Positions 31,710 to 43,900 of a DNA stretch of 56,898 nt are shown here, piece after piece; the first letter of the stretch is position 1; each line of letters opens with the position of its first letter. The notes beneath the pieces were generated by a model, which was not told the origin of the DNA, did not search any database, and saw only the letters and a list, made by a program, of their open reading frames with translations. Both the position numbers and the translations under genes were made by a program. The stretch comes from Pseudomonadota bacterium (GTDB lineage: Bacteria > Pseudomonadota > Gammaproteobacteria > Xanthomonadales > Xanthomonadaceae), in contig CAUJJG010000046.1 of the NCBI GenBank assembly GCA_963205445.1, positions 1 to 56,898 on the forward strand, in the 5' to 3' direction.

Positions 31710-32873
31710 ATGCAACGGGTTGCGGTTCTGGGGGCCACCGGCTCGATCGGCACTTCGGCGCTGGACGTGATCGCCCGCCATCCGCAGACCATGCGCGCCA
31801 GCGTGCTTGCGGCCGGCAGCAACGTCGATGGCTTGCTGGCACTGTGCCGAGCCCATGCCCCCGCGCATGCGGTGATTGCCGACACCCGGCATTACCCTGC
31901 GCTTCGCGACGGGCTGCAGGCAGCCGGCTTGGCCACCGAAGCCCATGCAGGCGGCCCGGCGTTGGACGCGCTGGTGGCTGGCGACGCCTGTGACAGCGTT
32001 GTGGCTGCCATCGTCGGCGCCGCCGGGCTGTCCTCGACCCTTTCCGCAGCGCGATCCGGCAAACGCCTGCTGCTGGCCAACAAGGAATCCCTGGTACTGG
32101 CCGGGGATTTGCTGATGCAGGCCGCGCACCGCAGTGGCGCGCACATCATCCCGATCGACAGCGAGCACAACGCCATTTTCCAATGCCTGGCCGATGGCAG
32201 CCCGCCGGCCCGCATCACCCTGACCGCATCCGGTGGTCCGTTTCGAGGCTGGACACGGGCGCAGCTGGCCAACGTCACGCCCGCGCAGGCCGTGGCGCAC
32301 CCCAAATGGTCGATGGGCCCCAAGATTTCTGTGGACTCCGCCAGCCTGATGAACAAGGGGCTGGAAGTGATCGAGGCCCACCACCTGTTCGCCCTGCCCG
32401 GCGACCGGATTGGCGTCCTGGTCCATCCGCAGTCGCTGGTGCATTCGCTGGTCGATTTCATCGATGGCAGCACGCTGGCCCAGCTGGGCATGCCGGACAT
32501 GCGCACCGCGCTGGCCGTAGGGCTGGGCTGGCCGCAACGGATCACCTCCGGCGTCGGGCTGCTGGACCTGCTCGCGCAAGGCGGGCGGCTGGAGTTCGAA
32601 GCACCGGACAGCGCGGCTTTCCCCTGCCTTGGCCTCGCCTATGCGGCGCTCGCGGCAGGCGCCTGCGCCCCGGCCGCACTGAACGCAGCCAACGAAGAAG
32701 CCGTTTCAGCCTTCCTTCAGGGGCGAATTGGCTTCCTTGGTATTCCTGATACCGTTTCCGCTGTCCTCGACGCCATGCCCACCCAACCCGCCGACTCCAT
32801 CGATGCGCTGCTCGACGCCGATGCGCGGGCACGAGCGCAAGCGCAGGCCCATCTCGGCAAGGTGTCCACGTGA
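31710..32873 (+). CDS. dxr: 1-deoxy-D-xylulose 5-phosphate reductoisomerase
   Basis: [44 protein letters not shown]. Confidence 0.97.
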   Translation: MQRVAVLGATGSIGTSALDVIARHPQTMRASVLAAGSNVDGLLALCRAHAPAHAVIADTRHYPALRDGLQAAGLATEAHAGGPALDALVAGDACDSVVAAIVGAAGLSSTLSAARSGKRLLLANKESLVLAGDLLMQAAHRSGAHIIPIDSEHNAIFQCLADGSPPARITLTASGGPFRGWTRAQLANVTPAQAVAHPKWSMGPKISVDSASLMNKGLEVIEAHHLFALPGDRIGVLVHPQSLVHSLVDFIDGSTLAQLGMPDMRTALAVGLGWPQRITSGVGLLDLLAQGGRLEFEAPDSAAFPCLGLAYAALAAGACAPAALNAANEEAVSAFLQGRIGFLGIPDTVSAVLDAMPTQPADSIDALLDADARARAQAQAHLGKVST

Positions 32874-34228
32874 CCACGTTCTTCGGCTCCCTGTGGTGGT
32901 TGCTGGTCGCCTTGGGCGTGCTGGTGACGTTTCATGAGTTTGGTCATTTCTGGGTAGCCCGCCGCTGCGGCGTCAAAGTCCTTCGTTTCTCCGTGGGGTT
33001 CGGCAAGCCCCTGTGGACATGGCACGGCAAGGGCGGCACCGAGTACGTGGTGGCTGCAATTCCCCTGGGCGGCTACGTCCGCATGCTGGACGAGCGCGAA
33101 GGGGACGTGGCCCCACAGGACTTGCCGCATGCATTCAACCGCAAGGCCGTATGGCAACGCATCGCGATCGTGGCTGCGGGGCCGCTGGCCAATTTGCTGC
33201 TGGCCTTCCTGCTGCTGTGGACGATGCTGGTGGTGGGCCGCCCCGATTACGCTCCCGTCGTCGGCCGCGTGCAGGGCGTGGCGGCGCAGGCCGGGCTGCA
33301 GCCGGGTGACCGCATCCAGGCCGTAGGTGAACGCACCACGCCGACTTGGAGCGAGCTTTCCATGGCGCTGACGGTGGCAGCCCTTGACCGCCAACCCATC
33401 CTGCTGACGGTCGAGTCCGCCGATGGCGAAACACGCCAACGCCACCTTCCCTTGCAAAACCTGCCTGCCCAGGCTGATGAGCTGCGCGTGCTGGGGGACA
33501 TCGGCCTGGTCCCGCGCCATCTGTTGCTGCCACCGTTGGTGGGCAGCGTACGGGAGGGCACGCCCGCCTGGGGCGTGCTGGCCGAGGGAGATCGGATCAC
33601 TGCCATCGACGCCAATCCGGTGAGCAGCTTCGACGACATCGCCCCGCTGGTGGCCCGGCTTGGCGCAGAGAACAGGCCAGGCATGGTGGAGGTGGAGCGC
33701 GATGGCGAGCGCCTTGCGCTGGAGCTGACCCCAACCCGATTGGACGATGGCAAAGGGGGCGCTCACTGGGTGCTTGGCATCACCAACGGCACCAGCGGCA
33801 CCCCGCCGCATGATGCCGTGCTGCGCTTGCCCCTCCTAGGCGCCTTGCCTGCCGCCCTGCGCGAAACCGGTTTCCAATGCCGCCAGCTGGTGGACATGGT
33901 GCGGCGTGCCGTCATCGGCCAGATCTCGGTCCAGAACACGGTCTCCGGCCCGCTGACCATTGCCCGTGCGGCCAACAGCTTTGCTGAACGTGGCCCGGCT
34001 TGGTTCCTGAACTTCCTCGCCTTGCTGTCGGTCAGTCTCGCCTTGATCAACCTGTTGCCGATCCCCGTCTTGGACGGGGGTCACCTGCTGTATTACCTTA
34101 TCGAGCTGGCCTTGGGTCGCCCTTTGGGCGAAACCACCATGGCCGTCGGCCAGTACATCGGCCTCGCGTTGATCGCGGGGCTGATGGGACTGGCCTTTTA
34201 CAACGACATCCTGCACCTGATGTCGTAG
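32870..34228 (+). CDS. rseP: RIP metalloprotease RseP
   Basis: HEFGH, two PDZ domains, [11 protein letters not shown]. Confidence 0.96.
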   Translation: MTTFFGSLWWLLVALGVLVTFHEFGHFWVARRCGVKVLRFSVGFGKPLWTWHGKGGTEYVVAAIPLGGYVRMLDEREGDVAPQDLPHAFNRKAVWQRIAIVAAGPLANLLLAFLLLWTMLVVGRPDYAPVVGRVQGVAAQAGLQPGDRIQAVGERTTPTWSELSMALTVAALDRQPILLTVESADGETRQRHLPLQNLPAQADELRVLGDIGLVPRHLLLPPLVGSVREGTPAWGVLAEGDRITAIDANPVSSFDDIAPLVARLGAENRPGMVEVERDGERLALELTPTRLDDGKGGAHWVLGITNGTSGTPPHDAVLRLPLLGALPAALRETGFQCRQLVDMVRRAVIGQISVQNTVSGPLTIARAANSFAERGPAWFLNFLALLSVSLALINLLPIPVLDGGHLLYYLIELALGRPLGETTMAVGQYIGLALIAGLMGLAFYNDILHLMS

Positions 34229-34335
34229 CAAGAACCGTCCGCCGCGTGCCCTTGGCATGTTGGCATCCCCCGTACCAAGGCATCCGCAAGGATGCTTCCC
34301 CGCACCGGCCGTTGACCGCCAACAGGATGTTCCGA

Positions 34336-36801
34336 ATGACCCGACCCTTGTCCCGCCGCCTGCTCACCCTTGCCCTTGCTTCAGCGCTTGCGCTGCCGGC
34401 TTGGGCGCAGGCGACGTTCACACCCTTCACGGTCAGCGACATCCGCATCGACGGTTTGCAACGCATCGGCGCCGGCACGGTCTTCACCTATCTCCCGCTG
34501 GAACGCGGCGACACCCTCGACCCGGGCAAGGCTGCAGAAGCCCTGCGCGCCATGTACAAGACCGGGTTTTTCGAAGACGTGCGCCTCGACAGGCAGGGCA
34601 ACATCCTGGTCATCACCGTGGTCGAGCGTCCGGCGATCAACAAGCTGACCTTGTCCGGCAACAAGGACCTGAAAACCGAGGATCTGACCAAGGGTCTGAA
34701 GGACATCGGCCTCGCCGAGGGCGACACCTACAACGCCCTCAATCTGGACCGCGTCACCCAGGAACTGACTCGCCAATACAACAACCGCGGCAAGTACGGG
34801 GTCAGCATCACGCCAACCGTGGAGCGCCTGGACCGCAACCGGATCAACCTGACCCTGAACATCAAGGAAGGCAAGGCTGCGAAGATCCGCCACATCAACC
34901 TGATCGGCAACGACACCTATCCCGACGAGGACATCACCAAGGCTTGGGAGTCCCATACCAGCAACTGGCTGAGCTGGTACAAGCGCGATGATCAATATTC
35001 CCGCGAAAAGCTCTCGGGAGACATCGAAAAGCTGAACTCCTGGTACCTCGACCGCGGCTACGTGGACTTCAGCATTGACTCCACCCAGGTGGCGATCAGT
35101 GGCGACAAGAAGGACATGTTCCTCACTGCCGGCATCAGCGAAGGCGAGGTTTACAACTTCGCCAACATCAGCGTCTCCGGCGATACCGTGCTGCCCAAGG
35201 AAGAAATCGAGCAGCTGGTGAGCTTCATCAAGCCAGGCGGCACATTCTCGCGTGGCCTGCTGGAATTTGCCACCGACTCGATCACGGCGCGCCTGTCCAA
35301 CATCGGCTACGCCTTCGCACGGGTCAACCCGGTGCCTGCCATCGACCGTGACAAGCGCACCGTATCGGTGGATTTCCAGGTGCAGCCCGGCCCGCGCGTG
35401 AACGTGCGCAGAATCGTGTTCAAGGGCAATACCCGCACCGCCGACCCGGTCCTGCGCCGCGAGATGCGCCAATTCGAAGGCAGCTGGTATTCGCAAGCCG
35501 CCATCGACCGCGGCAAGGTGCGCCTGGATCGCCTCGGCTATTTCGAAACGGTCGAAGTCGAGAACCAGCCCGTTGCGGGCAGCGATGATCAGGTGGACGT
35601 GGTTTACACGGTCAAGGAAACCACCTCGGGCAGCATTTCCGCCGGCGTGGGTTACTCGCAGCTGTCCGGCCTCAACCTCTCGCTGCAGCTTTCCGAGAAC
35701 AACTTCCTCGGCACCGGCAACCGCGTATCGACGGCACTGACGCGCAGCGTCTACCAGAAACGCTACGACTTCTCGTTCATGAACCCCTACTTCACGGACG
35801 GGGGCCTGTCGCTGGGTTACAACCTGTGGTGGCGCGAGTTCGACTACTCCAGCTTCAATGTCGCCTCCTATTCCACCAACAGCGGCGCCTTCCAGGTCTT
35901 CATGGGCTTGCCGCTGAGCGAAAGCGACTCGGTGTCGCTGATGTTCGGCGTCGATACCAACGAGATCCTGGCCTACGACGGCAGCACCCCGCCGCCGCTG
36001 GTGGACTACATCAATGCAGTCGGCCAGCGCACTTTCCATTCCTGGCGCGCACAGCTGGGCTGGGGCCGCGACACCCGCAACAACTACTTCACGCCGGTCA
36101 CCGGCAGCACCCAAAGCCTGTCCGCTGAAATTGCCCTGCCCGGTTCCACCGTGGAGTACTTCAAGGTCAGCTATGACGTGGCGAAGTACTGGCCGATCAA
36201 CCAAATGCTGGTGCTCAAGACCGGCATGAACCTGGGGTATGGCGATTCCTACGGCAAGGACTTCACCAGGAACATCTGCTTCACGGCTCCCACCTTGGTG
36301 GATACCGACAACGATGGCATCTTGGACACCTCGGTCCCAGGGCCAGCCGGCACCGACCCCTGCCTGACCACTTCATCCGACTACGTGAAGACCGTGCATG
36401 CCAGTGGCCTGCCGTTCTTCGAGAATTTCTACGCCGGCGGCATCGCCTCCAGCGGCAAGGTCCGTGGTTTCACCGACAATACCTTGGGCCCTGTCTACAT
36501 CACGTCGTCTTCCTATCGCCAGCCGTTGGGCGGGTCGCTGCTGGTCGCCGGCTCGGTGGAGGCGATTTTCCCGAAGCTGTTCGACAGCCCGGCCGCGCGC
36601 GTCTCGGCCTTCCTGGACGTGGGCAACGTCTACGACGGCTTGGACAATTTCAAGGCCAACGAGCTACGCGCATCGGTCGGTGTGGCCATGCTGTGGCGCT
36701 CGCCGATGGGCCCGCTGTCGATCAGCTACGCCTTCCCATTGCGCAAGAAGGACGGCGACCAGATCGAGCGGCTGCAGTTCAACTTCGGCGGCCAGCTCTG
36801 A
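34336..36801 (+). CDS. bamA: Outer membrane protein assembly factor BamA
   Basis: Signal peptide, POTRA repeats (DIRIDGLQRI), PFFENFYAGG, VRGF, WRSPMGPL. Confidence 0.97.
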   Translation: MTRPLSRRLLTLALASALALPAWAQATFTPFTVSDIRIDGLQRIGAGTVFTYLPLERGDTLDPGKAAEALRAMYKTGFFEDVRLDRQGNILVITVVERPAINKLTLSGNKDLKTEDLTKGLKDIGLAEGDTYNALNLDRVTQELTRQYNNRGKYGVSITPTVERLDRNRINLTLNIKEGKAAKIRHINLIGNDTYPDEDITKAWESHTSNWLSWYKRDDQYSREKLSGDIEKLNSWYLDRGYVDFSIDSTQVAISGDKKDMFLTAGISEGEVYNFANISVSGDTVLPKEEIEQLVSFIKPGGTFSRGLLEFATDSITARLSNIGYAFARVNPVPAIDRDKRTVSVDFQVQPGPRVNVRRIVFKGNTRTADPVLRREMRQFEGSWYSQAAIDRGKVRLDRLGYFETVEVENQPVAGSDDQVDVVYTVKETTSGSISAGVGYSQLSGLNLSLQLSENNFLGTGNRVSTALTRSVYQKRYDFSFMNPYFTDGGLSLGYNLWWREFDYSSFNVASYSTNSGAFQVFMGLPLSESDSVSLMFGVDTNEILAYDGSTPPPLVDYINAVGQRTFHSWRAQLGWGRDTRNNYFTPVTGSTQSLSAEIALPGSTVEYFKVSYDVAKYWPINQMLVLKTGMNLGYGDSYGKDFTRNICFTAPTLVDTDNDGILDTSVPGPAGTDPCLTTSSDYVKTVHASGLPFFENFYAGGIASSGKVRGFTDNTLGPVYITSSSYRQPLGGSLLVAGSVEAIFPKLFDSPAARVSAFLDVGNVYDGLDNFKANELRASVGVAMLWRSPMGPLSISYAFPLRKKDGDQIERLQFNFGGQL

Positions 36802-36814
36802 GGGGAATGCCGGC

Positions 36815-37834
36815 ATGACCATGCCGACGTTTTCCGCCGCGGCGCTTGCCTCGCGCTTCGGGCTGCTGTTGCAGGGCGAGGATCGTCAAGTGGCGGGCGT
36901 TGCCACACTGGCAGACGCCACGCCCAGCCAGCTGAGTTTCCTCGCCAATCCACGCTACCGCAGCCAATTGGCGCAATCGCAGGCGGGCGTGGTGGTGCTG
37001 CGCGCAGAAGACGCGGAAGCCTGCACCGGCAGTGCCTTGATTGCACGCGACCCTTACGTGGCGTTCGCGCGCATTGCGGCCCTGTTCGAGCGCAAGCCTG
37101 TCATCGCACCCGGCATCCACCCGACTGCCGTCGTCGATGCCAGTGCGCAGGTCGACCCCCTGGCCAGCATCGGCCCCTTGGCCAGCATCGGTGCGCGCAG
37201 CAAGGTCGCCGCCGGTGCGGTTGTCGGCCCCGGCTGCGTCGTCGGTGACGACTGCGAGCTGGGCGAGGATTGCGAATTGCAGGCGCGGGTGACGCTGCTG
37301 ACGCGCGTACGCCTCGGCAAGCGCGTGCGCATCCTGCCTGGCGCCGTGCTGGGCGGTGCCGGCTTCGGGCTGGCAATGGACGCCGGGCATTGGGTCAACG
37401 TACCGCAACTGGGCGGCGTGGTGATCGGTGATGACTGCGAGATCGGGGCCAACACCACGATCGACCGCGGCGCGCTGGGCGACACCGTGCTGGAGGAAGA
37501 TGTGCGGTTGGACAACCAGATCCAGATCGGCCACAACGTCCGCATCGGTGCGCATACCGCGATGGCGGGCTGCTCGGCGGTTGCCGGCAGCGCGCGCATC
37601 GGCCGCCACTGTCTGATCGGTGGCGGCGCCGGCGTTCTTGGCCACCTGGAAGTGTGCGATCGGGTGATGATTACCGCGATGTCGCTGGTCACGCACTCGA
37701 TCCGCACCCCCGGCGAGTATTCTTCCGGCACCCCCTTGATGGACAATCGCGGCTGGCGCAAGAGCGCCGCGCGTTTCAAGCAACTCGACCGCATCGCCCG
37801 GCGGCTGCCAGGCAGCGAGAAGGACCCCGAATGA
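36815..37834 (+). CDS. lpxD: UDP-3-O-acylglucosamine N-acyltransferase
   Basis: LSFLANPRY, hexapeptide repeats, EIGANTTIDRG, LDNQIQIGHNV. Confidence 0.96.
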   Translation: MTMPTFSAAALASRFGLLLQGEDRQVAGVATLADATPSQLSFLANPRYRSQLAQSQAGVVVLRAEDAEACTGSALIARDPYVAFARIAALFERKPVIAPGIHPTAVVDASAQVDPLASIGPLASIGARSKVAAGAVVGPGCVVGDDCELGEDCELQARVTLLTRVRLGKRVRILPGAVLGGAGFGLAMDAGHWVNVPQLGGVVIGDDCEIGANTTIDRGALGDTVLEEDVRLDNQIQIGHNVRIGAHTAMAGCSAVAGSARIGRHCLIGGGAGVLGHLEVCDRVMITAMSLVTHSIRTPGEYSSGTPLMDNRGWRKSAARFKQLDRIARRLPGSEKDPE

Positions 37835-38295
37835 CCGAATCCACTGTTACCCTGCCCGTCACCACTGCTGAGATCCAGCGCCTGCTGCCGCATCGCTATC
37901 CGTTCCTGCTGGTGGACCGGGTTGTGGAACTCGAGCCCAACAAGCGCGTGCTGGCCTACAAGAATGTCAGCTGCAACGAACCCTTCTTCAACGGCCACTT
38001 CCCCGGCAACCCGGTGATGCCAGGCGTGCTGGTGGTGGAGGCATTGGCGCAGGCCGGCGGCCTGCTGACCCAGCTCTCGGCCGACCCGGCCAACCCGCAA
38101 ACCGAGACCTTCTATCTGGTCAAGGTGGACAACGCCAAGTTCAGCCGCATGGTGGTGCCTGGCGACAAGCTTGAGCTCGAGGTCGAGCTCAAGCGGCGCA
38201 TCCGCAACATGGCGCAGTACGTGGGCATTGCCCGCGTGGATGGCGAGCAGGTCGCCTGCGCCGAAATCCTGTGCGCGGCAGCGGCCAAGCAATGA
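37831..38295 (+). CDS. fabZ: 3-hydroxyacyl-ACP dehydratase
   Basis: [29 protein letters not shown]. Confidence 0.97.
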   Translation: MTESTVTLPVTTAEIQRLLPHRYPFLLVDRVVELEPNKRVLAYKNVSCNEPFFNGHFPGNPVMPGVLVVEALAQAGGLLTQLSADPANPQTETFYLVKVDNAKFSRMVVPGDKLELEVELKRRIRNMAQYVGIARVDGEQVACAEILCAAAAKQ

Positions 38296-39083
38296 CGGCT
38301 ACAGCGCCGCTGATCCACCCGACCGCGGTGGTCGACCCCGCGGCCGTACTCGGCGCGGGCGTGCAGGTTGGCCCCTATGCGGTGATCGGCGCCGAGGTGA
38401 ACATCGGCGACAACACCCGTATCGGCCCGCACTGCGTGATCGACGGCCCCACCACCATTGGGCGGGACAACGTCTTCCACGGTCAGGCCGCGATTGGGGG
38501 CGCACCGCAGGACAAGAAATACCGCGGCGAACGGGTCGAACTTGTCATCGGCGACGGCAACCAGATCCGTGAGTTCGTCACCATCAACCGCGGTACCGGC
38601 GACGGTGGCGGCATCACCCGCGTCGGTGATCGCAACTGGATCCTCGCCTATACCCACATCGCCCACGACTGCATCGTTGGCAGCGACTGCGTGTTTTCCA
38701 ACAACGCCACCCTGGCCGGACACGTGACGGTGGGCAACCACGTCATCATCAGCGGTTTCGCCGGCATCCACCAGTTCTGCCGGATCGGTGATCACGCTTT
38801 CATCGGCATGGGCGCCTTCGTCAATGGCGACGTGCCGCCTTACCTGATGGTGGCGCAGGAAAAATACGCCCGCCCGCGCGGCATCAATGCCGAAGGCTTG
38901 AAGCGACGCGGCTTCGATGCCACGCGCATCTCCGCAATCAAACGCGCTTACCGCGCGCTGTACATGGGCGATGCCAAGCTGGACGAAGCCAAGGCAGAAC
39001 TGGCTGAGATCGCGGGCAGCAGTGTCGACGTGCGCATTTTCCTCGACTTCATCGAAGCCGGCGAACGGCCGCTGCTGCGGTGA
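38292..39083 (+). CDS. lpxA: UDP-N-acetylglucosamine O-acyltransferase
   Basis: [37 protein letters not shown]. Confidence 0.97.
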   Translation: MTATAPLIHPTAVVDPAAVLGAGVQVGPYAVIGAEVNIGDNTRIGPHCVIDGPTTIGRDNVFHGQAAIGGAPQDKKYRGERVELVIGDGNQIREFVTINRGTGDGGGITRVGDRNWILAYTHIAHDCIVGSDCVFSNNATLAGHVTVGNHVIISGFAGIHQFCRIGDHAFIGMGAFVNGDVPPYLMVAQEKYARPRGINAEGLKRRGFDATRISAIKRAYRALYMGDAKLDEAKAELAEIAGSSVDVRIFLDFIEAGERPLLR

Positions 39084-39105
39084 TGCAGGCCGGCCTCGTC
39101 GCCGC

Positions 39106-40251
39106 ATGAGCCTGCGGATCGCCCTCTGCGCCGGTGAAACCTCGGGCGACCAACTGGGCGCCGAGCTGATCACCGCGCTGCGTCAGCGTTTCCCCGAGGC
39201 GGAATTTTCCGGCATCGGCGGCAACAACATGCGCGCGGCCGGCATGGCCTGCTGGTGGGATGCCGGCGAGCTGGCGGTGATGGGGCTGGTGGAAGTGCTC
39301 AAGCACCTCCCACGCCTGCTCCGCCTGCGCAAGGCATTCCGCCAGCGCGTGCTGGCGTGGCAGCCGGACGTGTTCATCGGCATCGATGCGCCGGACTTCA
39401 ACCTTGGCGTCGAGCGCTGGCTCAAGCAGCGCGGGGTGCGCACCGTGCACGACGTCAGCCCATCGATCTGGGCCTGGCGACAGGGCCGCGCGGCGAAAAT
39501 CGGCGCCAGCGCCGACCGCGTGCTCTGCCTGTTCCCGATGGAGCCGCCGATCTACGCCGCGCACCGTGTCGATGCACGCTTCATCGGCCATCCATTGGCA
39601 GACGCGATCGCACTGACGCCAGACCGCACGGCCGCGCGTGCAGCGCTGGGCGAAGACGCCACCGCGCCCCTGCTGGCCCTGTTGCCGGGCAGCCGGCTGG
39701 TCGAGATCCACGGCATGCTGCCGGATTTCGCTGAAGCGGCGCGTCGGCTGGCCCGTGACATCCCAGGCCTACGGGTGCTGGTGCCGGCGGCGAATGAAAA
39801 ATGCCGCGCCGCGATCGAACAGGTGTTGGCCGACAACCCACTGTTTCGCGTGCTGGATGGCCAAGCGCAGCAGATCATGATCGCCAGCGACGCCGTGCTG
39901 TTGGCCTCAGGTACCGCTGCGCTGGAGGCGATGTTGTGCAAGCGCCCGATGGTGATCGGCCATCGCATCTCGCCGCTGACCTATCGCATCGTGCGCTGGT
40001 TCGGTCTGCTCAAATCCGAGTTCGTCAGCCTGCCCAATGTGCTGGCCGGTCAGGCGTTGGTGCCCGAGCTGCTGCAGGATGCCTGCACCCCCGAGCACCT
40101 GCACGCGGCGCTGTTGCGCTGGTTTCGCGATGCCGTCGCGGTAGCCGCACTGCAGCCGCGGTTTCTGGAGATCCACCAATCGCTGCGGCTGAACGCCTCG
40201 CAGCGTGCTGCCGACGCGGTGGCCGAACTGTTGCCATTGCCATGCCCCTGA
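39106..40251 (+). CDS. lpxB: Lipid A disaccharide synthase
   Basis: [38 protein letters not shown]. Confidence 0.95.
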   Translation: MSLRIALCAGETSGDQLGAELITALRQRFPEAEFSGIGGNNMRAAGMACWWDAGELAVMGLVEVLKHLPRLLRLRKAFRQRVLAWQPDVFIGIDAPDFNLGVERWLKQRGVRTVHDVSPSIWAWRQGRAAKIGASADRVLCLFPMEPPIYAAHRVDARFIGHPLADAIALTPDRTAARAALGEDATAPLLALLPGSRLVEIHGMLPDFAEAARRLARDIPGLRVLVPAANEKCRAAIEQVLADNPLFRVLDGQAQQIMIASDAVLLASGTAALEAMLCKRPMVIGHRISPLTYRIVRWFGLLKSEFVSLPNVLAGQALVPELLQDACTPEHLHAALLRWFRDAVAVAALQPRFLEIHQSLRLNASQRAADAVAELLPLPCP

Positions 40252-40823
40252 TCGCTGGCGTTGACGAAGCCGGGCGCGGCCCATTGGCGGGTCCGGTGGT
40301 GGTGGCCGCCGTGATTTTGGACCCGTTGCGCCCGATTGCCGGGCTGGATGACTCGAAGAAACTCTCCGAGCGCAAGCGCGAAGCGCTGTATCCGCTGATC
40401 GTCGAACACGCATTGGCATGGCGGATCGAATTCGTTGAAGCCGAGGAGATCGACCGCATCAACATCCTGCAAGCCACGCTGACCGGCATGCGTCGCGCCC
40501 TGCGGGGTCTGTCACCCGCGCCGACACACGCCCTGATCGACGGCAATCGCCTGCCCGATGGCCTCCCCTGCCCGGCCACCGCGATCGTGGGTGGCGATGC
40601 CAGTGAAGCGAGCATCTCCGCTGCGTCAATTCTCGCCAAAGTCACCCGCGATGCGCGCCTGCGCGCATTGCATGCGCAATACCCGCACTACGGCTTCGAC
40701 AAGCACAAAGGCTATCCCAGCCCATTGCACCTGGCCGCCCTGCGCGAGCACGGGCCTTGCCCGCAGCATCGGCGCAGTTATGCGCCGGTGCGCAAGGCCA
40801 TGGCTGCGCTCGGCATCGCATAA
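40242..40823 (+). CDS. rnhB: Ribonuclease HII
   Basis: [36 protein letters not shown]. Confidence 0.97.
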   Translation: MPLIAGVDEAGRGPLAGPVVVAAVILDPLRPIAGLDDSKKLSERKREALYPLIVEHALAWRIEFVEAEEIDRINILQATLTGMRRALRGLSPAPTHALIDGNRLPDGLPCPATAIVGGDASEASISAASILAKVTRDARLRALHAQYPHYGFDKHKGYPSPLHLAALREHGPCPQHRRSYAPVRKAMAALGIA

Positions 40824-40911
40824 CCCGGCCTTCGCACTCGACACGCGGCTGTCAAGCCTTGCCCGTGTCGCCACCTCGCCCTACCCTGCCCTTTCAATAC
40901 GCGACAGCGCG

Positions 40912-43900
40912 ATGCCTGCACCCTTCGTCCACCTGCACCTGCACACCGAATTCTCGCTCGCCGATTCCACCATCCGCGTGCCCGAGAAGCCGGACTATGC
41001 ACGCCCGGAAAAGGCCGGCGACCGCCCCAATCTGCTCAGCCGCGCGATGGAGCTGGGGCTGCCGGCGCTGGCCATTACCGACCGCAACAACCTGTTCGCG
41101 CTGGTCAAGTTTTACAAGGCCGCCGAGAGCGTGGGCATCAAACCGATTGCCGGCGCCGACATCCTCATTGCCGATGGCGGCGATGCGCCTTCGCTGCTGA
41201 CCCTGCTGTGCCGCGACCACAGTGGCTACCTGAGCCTGTCGCGCCTGCTCAGCCGTGCCTGGCTGGAAGGTCATCGTGGCGATTGCGTAGCGATCGACCC
41301 GGAATGGTTGCGCGCTGACCACGCCGGCCTGTGCGCCATTGCCGGCCGCCAGAGTCTGGCCGGGCGGCTGGCAGTAGCCGGTCGCCATGACGTGGCCGAA
41401 GCACAGTTGCTCGCGTGGCGACAGACCTTCGGCGACGACCTGCATCTGGAGCTGACCCGCACCGGCCGCGATGGCGAAGTGGCGTTCAACCAATTCGCCT
41501 TGCACACCGCCAGCAAGCTTGCGCTGCCGGTGATTGCCAGCAATGACGTGCGCTTCCTCGATGCCAGTGGTTTCGACGCCCATGAAGCACGGGTGTGCAT
41601 TGCTTCGGGCCGGGTGCTGGATGATGCCCGCCGCCCACGTGAATACAGCGCCCAGCAATATCTGCGCTCCAACGAAGAAATGTCGGCCTTGTTCGCCGAC
41701 GTGCCGGATGCGCTGGACAACACGGTGGCACTGGCGCAGCGCTGCAACCTGCAGCTCAAGTTGGGCACCTACTTCCTTCCGGCCTATCCGGTGCCGTCGG
41801 ATGAAACGCTGGACAGCTGGATCTGCAAGCAGTCCCGCGATGGCTTGGCCGTACGGCTGGAAAAGAACCCGCTGGCGCCTGGCAAGACCCGCGAGGACTA
41901 CGAGGCACGGCTGGAGTTCGAGCTGCAGACCATCATCAAGATGGGCTTTCCCGGCTACTTCCTGATCGTGGCCGACTTCATCCAGTGGGGCAAAAGCCAG
42001 GGCATTCCCATCGGCCCCGGGCGCGGTTCCGGCGCCGGCTCGCTGGTGGCCTGGGCGCTACAGATCACTGACCTCGACCCGCTGCCCTACAACCTGCTGT
42101 TCGAGCGCTTCCTCAACCCGGAACGCGTGTCGATGCCCGACTTCGACATCGACTTCTGCATGGATCGGCGCGACGAGGTGATCGACTACGTGGCCCGCAA
42201 GTACGGCCGCGACCGTGTCAGCCAGATCATCACCTACGGCACGATGGCGGCCAAGGCGGTGTTGCGCGATTCCGGCCGCGTGCTGGGCTTCGGCTACGGC
42301 ATGGTGGACGGCATCGCCAAGCTCATCCCCAACGTGCTGGGCATCTCGCTGAAAGATGCGATGGGCGAAGGCAAGGGCGGAATGGACGGCGAAATGGCCG
42401 CACCCGAATTGATCGCACGCTATCGTAGCGAAGATGAGGTGCGCGACCTGATCGATCTGGCACGCCAGCTGGAAGACCTCACCCGCAACGCTGGCAAGCA
42501 CGCCGGTGGCGTGGTGATCGCCCCCAGCCCGCTGTCGGATTTCAGCCCGCTGTACGCCGAACACGACCACGGCCTGCTGGGCAAAAACCCCGTCACCCAG
42601 TTCGACAAGGACGACGTGGAAGCCGTGGGGCTGGTGAAGTTCGACTTCCTGGGCCTGCGCACGCTGACCATCATCGACTGGGCGGTGAAAGCGATCAACG
42701 CGCGCCGCACCAAGGAAGGACTGGCGCCGATCGACATCGCCGCGATCCCGATGGACGACGCCAGCGTCTTCCGCAACGTCTTCGCCAACGGCAATACCGG
42801 CTCGGTATTCCAGTTCGAATCCGCCGGCATGCGGCGCGCGCTGAAGGACGCCAAGCCCGACCGCTTCGAAGACCTCATCGCGCTGAACGCGCTCTATCGC
42901 CCCGGCCCGATGGAAATGATTCCGTCGTTCGTGGCGCGCAAGCACGGCAAGGAGCAGTTCGACTACCCCGACCCGCGCACTGAAGCCATGCTCCGTGAGA
43001 CCTACGGCATCATGGTCTATCAGGAGCAGGTCATGCAGATGGCGCAGATCGTCGGCGGCTACTCGCTGGGCGGCGCCGACCTGCTGCGCCGCGCCATGGG
43101 CAAGAAGGTGCCGGCGGAAATGGCCAAGCACCGCGAGATCTTCCGCGAGGGCGCAGCCAAGGGCGGGGTCAGTGCGGCCAAGGCCGATGAAATTTTCGAC
43201 CTGATGGAGAAATTCGCCGGCTACGGCTTCAACAAGTCGCACGCCGCTGCCTATTCGCTGGTCGCCTACCAGACCGCCTGGCTCAAGCAGCACTACCCGG
43301 CCGAATTCATGGCCGCCACCCTCTCCTCCGACATGGACAAGACCGAGAAGGTGGTGGGCTTTCTTGATGAGGCCCGCGGCCTCGGCCTGACCGTGCTGCC
43401 GCCGGACGTGAACGCCTCCGGCTACATGTTCGAAGCGGTCAGCGCAGACGCCATCCGCTACGGGCTTGGCGCAGTGAAGGGGGTGGGCCAGGGCGTGTGC
43501 GAAGCGATCGAGCAGGCACACGCGGCAGGCGGCCATTTCACCGACCTGCTGGATTTCTGTCAGCGCGTGTCCGCTGGCGGCATGAACAAGCGCACGTTGG
43601 AAGCATTGATCCACGCCGGCGCGATGGACGCCCTCGCTGTCAACCGCGCCTCGCTGATGCTGCAGCTTCCGGAGGCGATGAAGGCCACCGACCAGATGGC
43701 CAAGAACCAGGCCGCGGGCATGTTCGACATGTTCGGCGGCAGTGGCGGTGATGCCATTCGCGTCGAATTGCCCCAGACCACCGAATGGCCGCTGGCGCAG
43801 CGGCTGCAGGGCGAACATGACACGCTGGGCCATTACCTCAGCGGGCACCCAATGGACCCTTGGCGTGAGGACGTGGTGCGGCTGGTCGGGCATGACCTGT

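Noticed and set aside
36801-36815. Absence of skp between bamA and lpxD
   Set aside because: As far as I recall this is the usual arrangement in Xanthomonadaceae, so it is not treated as novel.
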